Shown: positions 28,037 through 37,128 of the stretch, piece by piece
Numbering within the stretch: the stretch's first letter is position 1
How the letters are laid out: every line of letters starts with the position of its first letter
IMG/VR virus record: IMGVR_UViG_3300050139_000048
Location: 1 to 52,577 of that record
Reading direction: 5' to 3' (one strand)
DNA from: a virus
Taxonomy: Duplodnaviria > Caudoviricetes
Length of the DNA: 52,577 nt
The notes under the pieces: model-generated
The model's database searches: none
What the model was told of the DNA's origin: nothing
What the model saw: the letters and a program-made list of their open reading frames with translations, nothing else
Position numbers and translations under genes: made by a program

Positions 28037-28417
28037 CTAGCTGCTGTACTTTTCGCACATCATTTCGAGGAACTGCTTGCGTCCCTCGATAGCGGCCGGG
28101 CCACCCACGATCTGCATCACGGTGTCGGATGCTTCGCCGTGAACCGTGATCCGCATGCTGCTGTCGACGTCATCGCGCCAGCGCATCCTGATCCGCACCT
28201 GGTTGCGCGCGACGTCCAGCCCCATCTTCACCGACTCCGCACGGCTCGGTAGGGCGTCCTGCACCTGCGCCCAGAAGCGAACCGCGATAATCGGGCTGCC
28301 GAGACCATCGCGCACCAGCGGCACCCAGGTAACGATCTCGGTCCCATACGTGCTGTCCTGGATCACTTGTTTTTTCTCAATCGTGATCTCGCGATCGAGC
28401 GCTCCGGCGCGCGTCAT
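28037..28417 (-). CDS. Head closure/stopper protein (SPP1 gp16-like)
   Basis: AG.LDR.ITI, D..YG...TW, WA.V, IRMRWRDDV...MRI. Confidence 0.88.
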   Translation of the reverse strand: MTRAGALDREITIEKKQVIQDSTYGTEIVTWVPLVRDGLGSPIIAVRFWAQVQDALPSRAESVKMGLDVARNQVRIRMRWRDDVDSSMRITVHGEASDTVMQIVGGPAAIEGRKQFLEMMCEKYSS

Positions 28418-28433
28418 TTATAGGTTCCGTCCA

Positions 28434-28670
28434 TCAGGCCGATGCACCATCTGCAGAGCCATCCGCACACGGTATCCGCTCCCTCTCGTTCGCACATATA
28501 GGCGGTGCGCCGGCATTGGATGCAGCGCTCTTCAAGATTGATTGCGCTTCTGTCTCGGTCAGCGTCCGCCCGATCGCTCCGCAGTCCTTGCACCGCATGA
28601 ACCATTCAACCGGCCTCCGAGGATGTTCAAACGAATCCGGGTACATCTCCGCCCCGCATTGACACTTCAT
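28434..28670 (-). CDS. Small Zn-ribbon protein
   Basis: CQCG...CKDCG; ATGA-coupled. Confidence 0.55.
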   Translation of the reverse strand: MKCQCGAEMYPDSFEHPRRPVEWFMRCKDCGAIGRTLTETEAQSILKSAASNAGAPPICANERERIPCADGSADGASA

Positions 28671-28849
28671 TTCGGGCGCCCCGCCTGCGCATCGCGGCGC
28701 CGCTGACGGTTCTTTTTCAGCGTGTGCAGGTACTGAAAACCGATTCCATATTTAGCCCCGGTCGCCTTGAGCGTCGCTCCGGCGTCGAGCTCGATCAGCG
28801 CGGCGCGCACGGTCTCAGATGGAATTGTGGCGTTACCGTTCGCCTTCAA
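28667..28849 (-). CDS. Small putative HTH protein
   Basis: GATLKATGAKYGIGFQYL; coupled to methyltransferase stop. Confidence 0.5.
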   Translation of the reverse strand: MKANGNATIPSETVRAALIELDAGATLKATGAKYGIGFQYLHTLKKNRQRRRDAQAGRPK

Positions 28850-29382
28850 AGCGCCCCCGATGGATGAACATATTTCACCAGCCGAATCAGCGTGCCTCCG
28901 AAGGTGTCGCCGGCAAGCAGCTCGTGCTCTATTTCGGCCACGATGCGATTGCAGCCGAATCCGTCGCGTTCCGGTTCGTAATAGTCATCAAACACGACCA
29001 CGGCGCCAGGAGCGAGCATCTGCCGCACCCATTCCCAATCGGACTTGATCGTGTCGACCGAGTGGCCGCCATCGATGAAAACGAAGTCGGCATTTATCCA
29101 GCGTGAACAAAATGCCGGGAGCGTGTCCACCGTATTGCCCCGGATCAATTCGAAATCCGACCCTGCGAGCGCCTGCGCCGCCTGTTCCCGCGTCGAGCGG
29201 CCCTTGCCGTTCGATTCGCGCCGGTCGGTTTCGTCGCTTCCCGCTTCCCACAGATCGAAGCCGAAATACCGCTTGCAGTGCGCCTTCAGTAGTCGAGCGC
29301 GCGCGCCGCGGTGCGTGCCGATCTCAATCAGCACGTTCGGCTTTTTCTCGGCGGCCAGCGCAATCAGTTGGTCGTAGCGCAT
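28846..29382 (-). CDS. Class I SAM-dependent methyltransferase (Methyltransf_24-like)
   Basis: IEIGT..G, GFD, DFVFIDGGHS, VVFDDY. Confidence 0.88.
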   Translation of the reverse strand: MRYDQLIALAAEKKPNVLIEIGTHRGARARLLKAHCKRYFGFDLWEAGSDETDRRESNGKGRSTREQAAQALAGSDFELIRGNTVDTLPAFCSRWINADFVFIDGGHSVDTIKSDWEWVRQMLAPGAVVVFDDYYEPERDGFGCNRIVAEIEHELLAGDTFGGTLIRLVKYVHPSGAL

Positions 29383-30071
29383 CGGTTCGCCCATGAATAG
29401 AAGTGCTTTCGGATCGTCGGCAGATCGCCCGACTCGTGAATCTGAAACTGGTTCGGCAACAGCCACGGATAACCCTCGCCATACGGCACGCCGAGCCCGA
29501 TAGGCGAGACGTTCAGGTCGAACTGCATCACCGGATACGGCGACAGCATGCAGAGCAGCCCAGGCCCGTTCGTCACGAAGAAATTCATTTCCGCGCCCGC
29601 ATACAGGGCCACCATTTCATGCGGGCCGAGCGGCTCATCCTCATAATCCGGTATCACCCGCGCGCCAATCTCGGCCGCGAACGTCCGCCAGGCGTCTTCA
29701 TTCGAGTTGCGCGTCGGCGCGCGCTGCGTATTCCTCAAAGTCACCGTGTAGCGCTCAGTCCCCGCTGGCAGCACCGACTTGATGCGCGGAAACTCGACGC
29801 CCGCGCGCGCGAGCCGGATCAGGTCTTTCTGATGGTAGGGGGCAAGTTGCCTGCCTTCCGTACCGATAGACCGCTTCAGCCCGAGCAACGGCGGGCCTTC
29901 CCACAGCAGCGTTTCAAACCGGCGCATCACCGCGGCAGCCGGCCATTTGCTCGTTGTCGGATTCCGAGTATCAAACACGATTTCCGTGGCGCCGGCCTGC
30001 GCCTGCATCACCAGCCAGGGGAAAAAGTCATACCCGGCGATTTTCTCCGACAGCCGGTAAAGCGCTTTCAC
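29364..30071 (-). CDS. Divergent GT-B/GT9-like glycosyltransferase
   Basis: VTLR.....RNS...W, ALYAGAEMNFFVTNGP resembles the GT9 C-terminal D(S/T)GP.H region. Confidence 0.55.
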   Translation of the reverse strand: MKALYRLSEKIAGYDFFPWLVMQAQAGATEIVFDTRNPTTSKWPAAAVMRRFETLLWEGPPLLGLKRSIGTEGRQLAPYHQKDLIRLARAGVEFPRIKSVLPAGTERYTVTLRNTQRAPTRNSNEDAWRTFAAEIGARVIPDYEDEPLGPHEMVALYAGAEMNFFVTNGPGLLCMLSPYPVMQFDLNVSPIGLGVPYGEGYPWLLPNQFQIHESGDLPTIRKHFYSWANRCATTN

Positions 30072-31111
30072 ATGAATGCCTCATCCGCGTCGTACCCGGC
30101 CACTTCGTTGATCGCCTTGTTCGTCCCCGAATACCGGCATTGCTGGCAGCCGCGCGCGTTGAACTCGCGAAAGTTCGCAATGGCGAGCTCGCGCCACACG
30201 TCCTTGAACCGCCGCCCCTTGATGCTGGCGATCAGCCCGCGCGGCGAATAGGCCAGGATGCAACAGCGGTACAAATTCTCGTCAGCACCAATCCACGTCT
30301 TGAAAAACTGATAGGCACAGCGGTCATAGTCCTGCGCGCCGTGCAGCATCGAATCAAATTCGGTGTCGAATCGGTAATCCACGTCGAAGCCCTGCTCGGC
30401 AAGGGCGGTCACAGACTTTTCCGCCGCCCGGATGTGCTCGATCATTTCCGCGCTGAATAGCTCGATGCCGCGGTCGTCTTGTGGCCTCACCCGGAAGCTC
30501 TGTGCGCCCAGGCTCTTCGCCAGCACTGCCGCAGCGTGAATCTCGCGCCAGTTCTGCGACGTCACCACGAAGCTGACATTCGTTTTCCAGCGCTTGATCG
30601 TTTCCAGCGACCGCGCGAAATGCTCCGGTTCGACCTGGCGCACCGCGGCGTAGGTCTCCGCTGTCGCCGAGTCCAGGCTCACGCGCACCCAGGAAGCCGT
30701 CGATAAATCCTGCATCCGCACGCCGTTGGTAATCAGCCCCCATTTCAAGCCGCGCGCGTTGATCGCTTCGATTACCTGCGCGAATTGCCGGTGAATCGTC
30801 GGTTCGCCGCCGCCGGTCAGCTCGATCCCCTTCACGCCCATTTCGGCGCAGTCGTCCAGGATATCGATTACCTTGTCAAACGCCAGCATCCGGTTCGGGT
30901 TGTGGTTCTCGCCGTCGGCGAACATGCCGCGCAGCCCAGGGCTTGATTCGTCGCGAAAGCAGCAAAATTTACAGTTCTGATTGCACAGGTCCGACAGGAT
31001 CAGCTGCACATGCACCGGCGGCGCGACTGTGCCATCGCGCAGCGCCTGAACCCTGTCCGGGAATCCGAACGCCTTGAGGCTTGAGTAACGCTCGCTCACG
31101 CCTGATTCCAC
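30068..31111 (-). CDS. Radical SAM enzyme with C-terminal SPASM/Twitch-like domain
   Basis: CNQNCKFC, TGGGEP, LITNG, VRVSLD; C-terminal C...IGADENLYRCC...CQQC. Confidence 0.92.
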   Translation of the reverse strand: MESGVSERYSSLKAFGFPDRVQALRDGTVAPPVHVQLILSDLCNQNCKFCCFRDESSPGLRGMFADGENHNPNRMLAFDKVIDILDDCAEMGVKGIELTGGGEPTIHRQFAQVIEAINARGLKWGLITNGVRMQDLSTASWVRVSLDSATAETYAAVRQVEPEHFARSLETIKRWKTNVSFVVTSQNWREIHAAAVLAKSLGAQSFRVRPQDDRGIELFSAEMIEHIRAAEKSVTALAEQGFDVDYRFDTEFDSMLHGAQDYDRCAYQFFKTWIGADENLYRCCILAYSPRGLIASIKGRRFKDVWRELAIANFREFNARGCQQCRYSGTNKAINEVAGYDADEAFM

Positions 31112-31686
31112 ATGCAGCGGTCATACTTCGGCCCGGCGAAAATGATCTTGCCGCGTGTCGGCTCCGGGCCGCGGCGTAGATCGCAGATCACCAGCCCCTT
31201 GAGGCGGTACGTGCTCAGGGCATAGTGATACCCGAGACTGGCCATGCTGATGATCAGGTCGGCCTCGAGCAAGTCGCGTGTGCCAATATCGTGCCAGCGG
31301 TCCACCGTCACGCCGTTCGCGCCGAGCAACATTTCGGTCAGCACGCGCGAGTTATACACGTCCGGCTTGTCACTGTACCCGGCGCCGCCCTCGCGTGAGA
31401 CCGTGTCGCCATCGAGCAGTTCCAGTCGCGCATCCGGGTACCGGCGCTTCATGAACACTTCCAGCGCCGCCATGCCGCAGCCGATTTCGAGGATGCTATC
31501 GACGCGCTCCGGGAGGTGCGGCTCCATCCCGGCGAAGTCCTCGGCGATGTGGGCGGCATACCGGCGCTTTACCTCTTCCGGGTCGGGCACCTTGCGCTCG
31601 TTGTAGCGGCTGCGCTGCCACCGGATGTACGGGCCGCAGGCGTCTGGGATGATCAGGTCAGGCTGCATTTTTTCGGTGTAGCGCAT
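31096..31686 (-). CDS. Class I SAM-dependent methyltransferase
   Basis: SILEIGCGMA, LLDG, DLIISMASLGYHY. Confidence 0.8.
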   Translation of the reverse strand: MRYTEKMQPDLIIPDACGPYIRWQRSRYNERKVPDPEEVKRRYAAHIAEDFAGMEPHLPERVDSILEIGCGMAALEVFMKRRYPDARLELLDGDTVSREGGAGYSDKPDVYNSRVLTEMLLGANGVTVDRWHDIGTRDLLEADLIISMASLGYHYALSTYRLKGLVICDLRRGPEPTRGKIIFAGPKYDRCMWNQA

Positions 31687-31809
31687 GAAGCAAATTCAGT
31701 ACCGACCCAATCGCCTGTAGCGTCACCAGCGCTAGAATCTTTCTATGCCGCTCTGCCTCGTGCTTTTCGTGGACCTCGCGCGCCAGCAGGCGCTTTCGTT
31801 TATTGCCGC

Positions 31810-32574
31810 TCATTTCAAAAGGCTCCTCAATTCGTCAAAAACCATCCCATGCGTAATCCGGGCCATCCATTCGGCGCAGTGCTTGCACGGCAAGCGGTTC
31901 CCGCAGGCTTCGCCCAGGCTGGCGCCCAGGTTCCGGTGCATTGGGTAGCCGGTCAGTTCCACCGGCGTGAACCCGCCCATAATTACCACCGCAGGCACGC
32001 CAAACGCGGCCGCAGCATGGTGCGCGCCGCCCTCGTGGAGTACCGCCCCCCGCGCTCCCGCAATGACGCTACACGCCGTTCTAAACGATCCTGTCGGCAC
32101 GAATTCAGCGCCGTCCAGCACCTTCGTGCCCGGCGCCCCCAACTGCGTTACTGGCATGCCTGCAGCGATGAACAGCTTCGCCAGCCGCTGCCAGAATTCC
32201 CAAGGCCAGCGCTTGTTTGGACTCGCCCCCGGCTTGATGTGCGGCTCAAGGATCAGCCTGCCGGGATATTTCGCCCCGAACGCCTTTTCATCTTTACTAA
32301 AGTACAGCTCGCCCACGTCCGGCCGGAAATCGAGGTTGTACGCCCACCGCTCGGCAGTCTTTCCGGTGTGGTACGGACGATTGTTCGCCATATCGCGCGC
32401 CGGTAAGTCTTGAAAATCCCCGCACGCGAGCGGCTTAGCGATGCGCGGGTTCCCGTCCCAGATCGGCGACCAGCGATTCGCCAGCCCCTTGTACGTCACC
32501 CGGCACTTGCGCGGGTCGGTCTGCTGTGCTTTCCGGGCGGCCCCGGACAGCATAATTTCGTCGCCCAGACCCAC
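31810..32574 (-). CDS. GT9-like (ADP-heptose transferase-like) glycosyltransferase
   Basis: GLGDEIM, NKRWPWEFWQRL, EGGAHHAAAAFGVPAVVIMG, C..C..WMARIT...V. Confidence 0.88.
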   Translation of the reverse strand: MGLGDEIMLSGAARKAQQTDPRKCRVTYKGLANRWSPIWDGNPRIAKPLACGDFQDLPARDMANNRPYHTGKTAERWAYNLDFRPDVGELYFSKDEKAFGAKYPGRLILEPHIKPGASPNKRWPWEFWQRLAKLFIAAGMPVTQLGAPGTKVLDGAEFVPTGSFRTACSVIAGARGAVLHEGGAHHAAAAFGVPAVVIMGGFTPVELTGYPMHRNLGASLGEACGNRLPCKHCAEWMARITHGMVFDELRSLLK

Positions 32575-33071
32575 TATTTCGTTTCCCTAATGACAAGCCG
32601 CGTGTTCGGCGCGAAGAATGGCGGCAGATATTCCTTCCACCACTCGAACGGCTTGATCGTGACATGCACGTTTTCGCCATCCTCGAAGCGGATATGCTTC
32701 GACGGGCGGCAGCATACGGACAGGAATGCCCACTGTTTTGCGTGGCCTGCAATCTCGCGCACCACGGCGTCGAGTTCGTCTTCGGGCACGTGCTCTAGCA
32801 CGTCCGTGCAAATCACGCCTTGAAATCTCCCGGATGGTTTCACGTGAAATTCCTCAACAGCCGGGTCATAGAGCGTCGGCACTTCCACACCCCACACGAC
32901 ATGCGCGCGCTCGCGGGTGTACTGCCTGCCAAGCCCGCAGCCATAATCGAGCAGGCGCCGCGACTTGAATTCAGTGACCAGTTCCGCGATCGCCGGCACG
33001 AACGCGAGCAGCGACATGCCTGGAAATTTTCCTTGAGCGTGCAGCTTTTTGTAATCCTCAAGGTGCTTCAT
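32574..33071 (-). CDS. Class I SAM-dependent methyltransferase
   Basis: LLDYGCGLG, YDPA, VICTDVLEHVP, H.TIKP.EWW. Confidence 0.9.
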   Translation of the reverse strand: MKHLEDYKKLHAQGKFPGMSLLAFVPAIAELVTEFKSRRLLDYGCGLGRQYTRERAHVVWGVEVPTLYDPAVEEFHVKPSGRFQGVICTDVLEHVPEDELDAVVREIAGHAKQWAFLSVCCRPSKHIRFEDGENVHVTIKPFEWWKEYLPPFFAPNTRLVIRETK

Positions 33072-33876
33072 TTAGCATCCGCCAGCATGTCCCGTCTCGC
33101 ATCTCAGAAAGTCGCCACTGATTTGACGCCAGCACTGCGGTCCAATGCTCGCGATCCACGTCCATGCGTGGCGCTTCGATCTGCGCCAGGTCTGACAAGC
33201 CCATCGCCGAAGCACCGCACGGTTCGGTAGCAAATACCGGCACGCCGCCGAGCAGCGCCTCGACCGCGGCATTGCTGCAATGAGTCACAAGCGCCCAGGC
33301 GCCGGCAAGATCGGTGGATAGCGGCGTCGGCACCGAAGTTTTGACGAAACCTTTCTGACTCAAAATATCGGCGCCCTTAGCATCGTTCCAACTCACCTTT
33401 GCCCGCACGCGCAACTCGCGGTCGGTGTGCTGGCGCAGCGTGGCTAGCGTCTGATCGAGCCAGTCATCGGCCGAAAATCCGAACGTCGCGCCGAACAGCC
33501 GGCCGGGCGGGCAGACCACGATATGCGCGCCGGCGGTTCGCCACGGCTTGATTGTCAGCCCGAGCCGCCCCCACCGATCGGCTCCGCCGGCCGGGACAGG
33601 TTCTGAGCCGTCGACCTGCAGGGCGTTACGCGTGATGCGGAAATAATTTGCCTCAGTCTTACCGGGCGAGAAGTAGCCGTTGTCGCCGTAAAACCAAGTT
33701 CGCCCCTCGCGCTGCGCCTGTCTCAGCGTCGGCAGCAGACCCCGTAATGCGCCATACATGAACACGTCGCCTGGCAGCAGCGGCGCCGGCGGCACAATCG
33801 GACACTTGGCTCCGGCGGCGAAAGCGGTGCAGACCAGCGCCGACCACTTATGCCCGCTCGAATATGCGTTGATCAT
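33058..33876 (-). CDS. Putative glycosyltransferase, KpsS/KpsC (capsule synthesis)-like, paralog A
   Basis: DNGYF, IKPWR..G.HIVV.P, LRVR.K, LVTHCSNAAVEALLGGVPV. Confidence 0.6.
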   Translation of the reverse strand: MINAYSSGHKWSALVCTAFAAGAKCPIVPPAPLLPGDVFMYGALRGLLPTLRQAQREGRTWFYGDNGYFSPGKTEANYFRITRNALQVDGSEPVPAGGADRWGRLGLTIKPWRTAGAHIVVCPPGRLFGATFGFSADDWLDQTLATLRQHTDRELRVRAKVSWNDAKGADILSQKGFVKTSVPTPLSTDLAGAWALVTHCSNAAVEALLGGVPVFATEPCGASAMGLSDLAQIEAPRMDVDREHWTAVLASNQWRLSEMRDGTCWRMLNEAP

Positions 33877-34667
33877 GCCAGCAGCGCCCGGAAAGCTGTT
33901 CCGTCCTCAATCTCGCCCAGCGACCATTGCGCCCAGGCGAGCCGCTGCAGCGCCGGCAGCCGGTCAATGTCCTGCGCTGGATTCTCGGTTTGGACGAATT
34001 CCAACCCGTCATAAGTTGCAGTCTTGCAAATCCAGGCCGGCGCGCAGCAAATCACCGGGACGCCAGCAATCAGGCTATGCACTCCGGCGCTACTCGACCA
34101 GATCACGGTGCACCACGCCCTGGCCAGATCCTCGGCCAGCGGCTTCACCGGCGGGCTATTGCCAGGGTGCGGCCGGACCACAATCGGACGATTGGTTAAC
34201 TTCGCCAGCCGCTTAGCCGTGTCGGCGGCCCATGTTGGCGGCATCATCGTTTCCGGGCGCCCGAATGGCCTATTCGGTGCAATCACGATATGATCGCCGT
34301 CTGCCCGCCAAGGCTTCAGATCAATGCCCAGGGCGTCCCATCGGGTTCCGGGCCCCTCCGGTGTCCACCCCCTGCCGTTGTGGTCATGGCGGGCCAGCGC
34401 GTACCATTGGCGATCCTTTTGATCGTGCGGAGAGAGCCCGCCCGGCGCGAGGTAGCCGTTTTCGGCGACGACGACAATCCCGCCTGCGGCTTCGAACCGG
34501 GTCGCGAGTTCATGCGTCGCGCCGTAGCGATTCCACGCCAGCAACAGATTGCCCGGTTTTCCCTGCGGCGCGTCTGTCCGCACCTCATACCCGGCCGCTT
34601 TCATGCCGGCCGAAAAGCTACCGTGCCGATAAACCGTGTCGCTGCGTGTCAGATTCCAAGCCATCAT
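33873..34667 (-). CDS. Putative glycosyltransferase, KpsS/KpsC-like, paralog B
   Basis: AENGYL, LKPWR..G.HIVI.P, IVVRPHP, VIWSSSAGVHSLIAGVPV. Confidence 0.65.
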   Translation of the reverse strand: MMAWNLTRSDTVYRHGSFSAGMKAAGYEVRTDAPQGKPGNLLLAWNRYGATHELATRFEAAGGIVVVAENGYLAPGGLSPHDQKDRQWYALARHDHNGRGWTPEGPGTRWDALGIDLKPWRADGDHIVIAPNRPFGRPETMMPPTWAADTAKRLAKLTNRPIVVRPHPGNSPPVKPLAEDLARAWCTVIWSSSAGVHSLIAGVPVICCAPAWICKTATYDGLEFVQTENPAQDIDRLPALQRLAWAQWSLGEIEDGTAFRALLA

Positions 34668-34981
34668 GTGCTTGGCGCCGTCACAATGCAGCCTTCAGCA
34701 ATCAATCGCTCAATAGCCTTTTTTCCGCATTTACTTTCGTGATAGGGCGTAACTCTGTTTTTACCAAAGGCGGCCATCGCACACGCCTTGCATTGCTTGC
34801 TTTGTCCTGATTGAATTTTGCCTGCGCGGACTATCGCCTCATTCCCGCACTCGCATCTGACTTTATAGTATGTTTGATTCGGGTTCGCTTCCGAAGAAGG
34901 CGGAGGAGAATCACCGTCCACCACAGTCCAACGATAAAACTTCGCGCTCACGTCGCCGGGTATAACCCATTTCTTTTTCAT
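34664..34981 (-). CDS. Homing-endonuclease N-terminal-like fragment
   Basis: F.RWTV...VRCECG.E..V....I.SG.SKQCK.C without a nuclease domain. Confidence 0.55.
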   Translation of the reverse strand: MKKKWVIPGDVSAKFYRWTVVDGDSPPPSSEANPNQTYYKVRCECGNEAIVRAGKIQSGQSKQCKACAMAAFGKNRVTPYHESKCGKKAIERLIAEGCIVTAPST

Positions 34982-35517
34982 GGCAGCAGCCCGAGCATTT
35001 TGTTCGTGCGGGCGAACTCGCCGAAAAGCCGAACCGCGGCCGCATCGTAAGCAGCCGCAGCGCTTCTAGGGTCAGCAAAACAACCCAGAAATTGCCGACG
35101 CTTCTGCGGACCTATCCGAGCGACCCAGGTGCTCCACTTTCCATTCTTGTACACGCCCTTGAAGCCGCTCTTGTTTCTAACGTGCTTCGCAATGTTTCCG
35201 TTATTCTGCGTTCCGGTGCAGGGTCTCAGGTTCTCCAACTCGTTGCGCAATCCTCCGCCTTTTTCGTGGTCCATCATTGGGCCAGGCCATTCGCCTTTGA
35301 TATACAGCCACACAAGCCGGTGCGCCCTATAAACGCGGCCATCGATTTTTATCTGCCAGTAGCCTTGCTTCGTTTTGCATCCGGCTACGCATCCCGCTTT
35401 GGCGTGCCTCATGTTGGATATCCAGCGGAAAACCCCAGTCGCCGGATCGTAATGCAAAACCTCGCGCAAGCGTTCTACTGTAATCAGGGCTCGTAATGCT
35501 AGAATTCGGTCAGCCAT
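34978..35517 (-). CDS. HNH homing endonuclease with AP2 domain
   Basis: L.YDP.TG.F.W, AHRL.W.Y, DH...N..ENLR, N.SGFKGV, LG.F....AA.AYD.AA...FGEFA. Confidence 0.92.
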   Translation of the reverse strand: MADRILALRALITVERLREVLHYDPATGVFRWISNMRHAKAGCVAGCKTKQGYWQIKIDGRVYRAHRLVWLYIKGEWPGPMMDHEKGGGLRNELENLRPCTGTQNNGNIAKHVRNKSGFKGVYKNGKWSTWVARIGPQKRRQFLGCFADPRSAAAAYDAAAVRLFGEFARTNKMLGLLP

Positions 35518-35590
35518 TGCCGCAGACTCCTTGAAAGTCGGGTGGTGGTTAGAAGCCGGGCAGCGCGAGAACGCTGTTCGGCTTCGCCCA

Positions 35591-36439
35591 TTATGCCCCT
35601 ACTTTTAGAGCGTCCGCAAGCGGCATTTTCTCAAATCCAATAGCTGAACCAGGGCTGCAATTCAAAACCATCGTACCCGTCGCTGCAATGGCACGCTCAC
35701 CAGCAGAAAAAGCCCTTCTATAGCATTCGTAAGCTGCATCCGGCTCAGGCACCTTATGCTCTCCGAACCAGTGCGTTTTCCCGTCCAGCGCCTTCTGGCC
35801 ATCGAAGCCGAGCAAGATCACCGTCTTCGCGCCGGCCAAGATCGCCAGATTCAGCGCCTGGTAGCCCGAATTCCTTCCTGTCACCAGCGCGCCGGGATCG
35901 AGCGAGATCCCCTCGCCGTGAAGCGGGAAGTGCTTGTTTCGCAGTAGGTGCACCGCCGGATCGTCGACGCTCATGCCGGTGTTCTGGATCGAGCATTTTT
36001 CGCCAGCGAAGGCGACGAACTCAGGCCGCGCCCTATGCCAGTTATGCCAAATACTGTCGGCAAAATAATTCACATCGGCGAACGGAACAATTCGATAAGC
36101 ATCGTTGATTGCAATCGTATGAACGCGCCCATCCTCGACAGCGCACCGAACCAGTTCCACCTGCGCCAACGTCAACGATGGCCCGCCGCCAAACAAAACA
36201 ACTGCCCCGCCTTCCCAATCGCGCGCCACCCTGCTGAAACGATCAAACGGCCAATCCTTGCTGCGCCGCAGGATGCCGGTATCGACCGGTGCCGAGCCAG
36301 CGTTCAACAGATCGGCCTCGTTCCTGCCGATCAGGAACCGGGCCCGCGTCGGCGAGGCGAAAAACATCGCGCCGGGCTGACCTTCCGCGACGCCGCGCGC
36401 CGTGGCGCGCATGTGCGCGGTCTTTGGCTCCGCGATCAT
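35591..36439 (-). CDS. DUF115/Maf-like putative sugar (ulosonic acid) transferase
   Basis: GGGPSL, IAIN, YFAD, NSGYQALNLA...GA..VILLGFD, HW, VLNCS; ATGA-coupled to head-tail connector. Confidence 0.7.
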   Translation of the reverse strand: MIAEPKTAHMRATARGVAEGQPGAMFFASPTRARFLIGRNEADLLNAGSAPVDTGILRRSKDWPFDRFSRVARDWEGGAVVLFGGGPSLTLAQVELVRCAVEDGRVHTIAINDAYRIVPFADVNYFADSIWHNWHRARPEFVAFAGEKCSIQNTGMSVDDPAVHLLRNKHFPLHGEGISLDPGALVTGRNSGYQALNLAILAGAKTVILLGFDGQKALDGKTHWFGEHKVPEPDAAYECYRRAFSAGERAIAATGTMVLNCSPGSAIGFEKMPLADALKVGA

Positions 36440-37128
36440 GCCATCGACAGTTCGCTGCGCTCCGGCCTCAGCACATCTTCTGCCACCTTCAGATAGAGCG
36501 GCATGAGGTCCTTGTCCCGATCGTAATGCGCCTCTACCCAAAGTTTGCAAGCCTGTTTGAACCTTACCGGCACCAGCGACAGGTCGGGACTCGGATCCGG
36601 ACTGCCGACTCCGGCGGCGAACCCCGCGCGGAAGGTCACGCGCAAATCCCCGCCTATTGCCCAAATAGCGCTATTCAGCGGAACCAGCCGCGGCCACTTG
36701 GATTTCGGTTCGCGCACTTCGTAAGTCGCCGCGTCGATCTCCGTTTCGACGCCGGCATTGTCCACGGAGGCGAACGACGTGATCGCGATAATCGGGGACT
36801 TGCGCAAAACGATCTCGCGTCGGCGTAGCCAGTGGTTCCATTCCCCCTGGCCGAACCAGCCAAACCCGAGCATCGGCGTGACGGTATTGCCATCCGTTAG
36901 GTAGGGATATCGGCCCCGGAGCGTGAGGCGCCAACTTTGCTCCACGAGAGCGCGCCCGGTAAAGTCCTCGGCCCACTCGCGCGCGCCTTTGATCAGGTCC
37001 AGGATGTCGGCATCGTTGGACGTGACTTCGGCGAATTCGCGCAAATGTCTTTTGGCACTCGCCAAATCTATTGGCTCGACGTCCGGGCCGGAGACGCGCT
37101 CCAGCATGAAGGGTGCGCCGTGCATCAT
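36436..37128 (-). CDS. Head-tail connector (gp6-like)
   Basis: P.VEPI.L..AK.HLR, I..AR..AE.FTGRAL..Q.W, VP...KQA..L.V...Y.R. Confidence 0.9.
   Translation of the reverse strand: MMHGAPFMLERVSGPDVEPIDLASAKRHLREFAEVTSNDADILDLIKGAREWAEDFTGRALVEQSWRLTLRGRYPYLTDGNTVTPMLGFGWFGQGEWNHWLRRREIVLRKSPIIAITSFASVDNAGVETEIDAATYEVREPKSKWPRLVPLNSAIWAIGGDLRVTFRAGFAAGVGSPDPSPDLSLVPVRFKQACKLWVEAHYDRDKDLMPLYLKVAEDVLRPERSELSMA

Noticed and set aside
28846-36439. Serotype-conversion (gtrABC-like) or DNA hypermodification locus as the primary reading
   Set aside because: No flippase, bactoprenol transferase or membrane enzyme; no nucleotide kinase or hydroxymethylase; genes are coupled into the late structural operon. 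Disfavoured but not formally excluded
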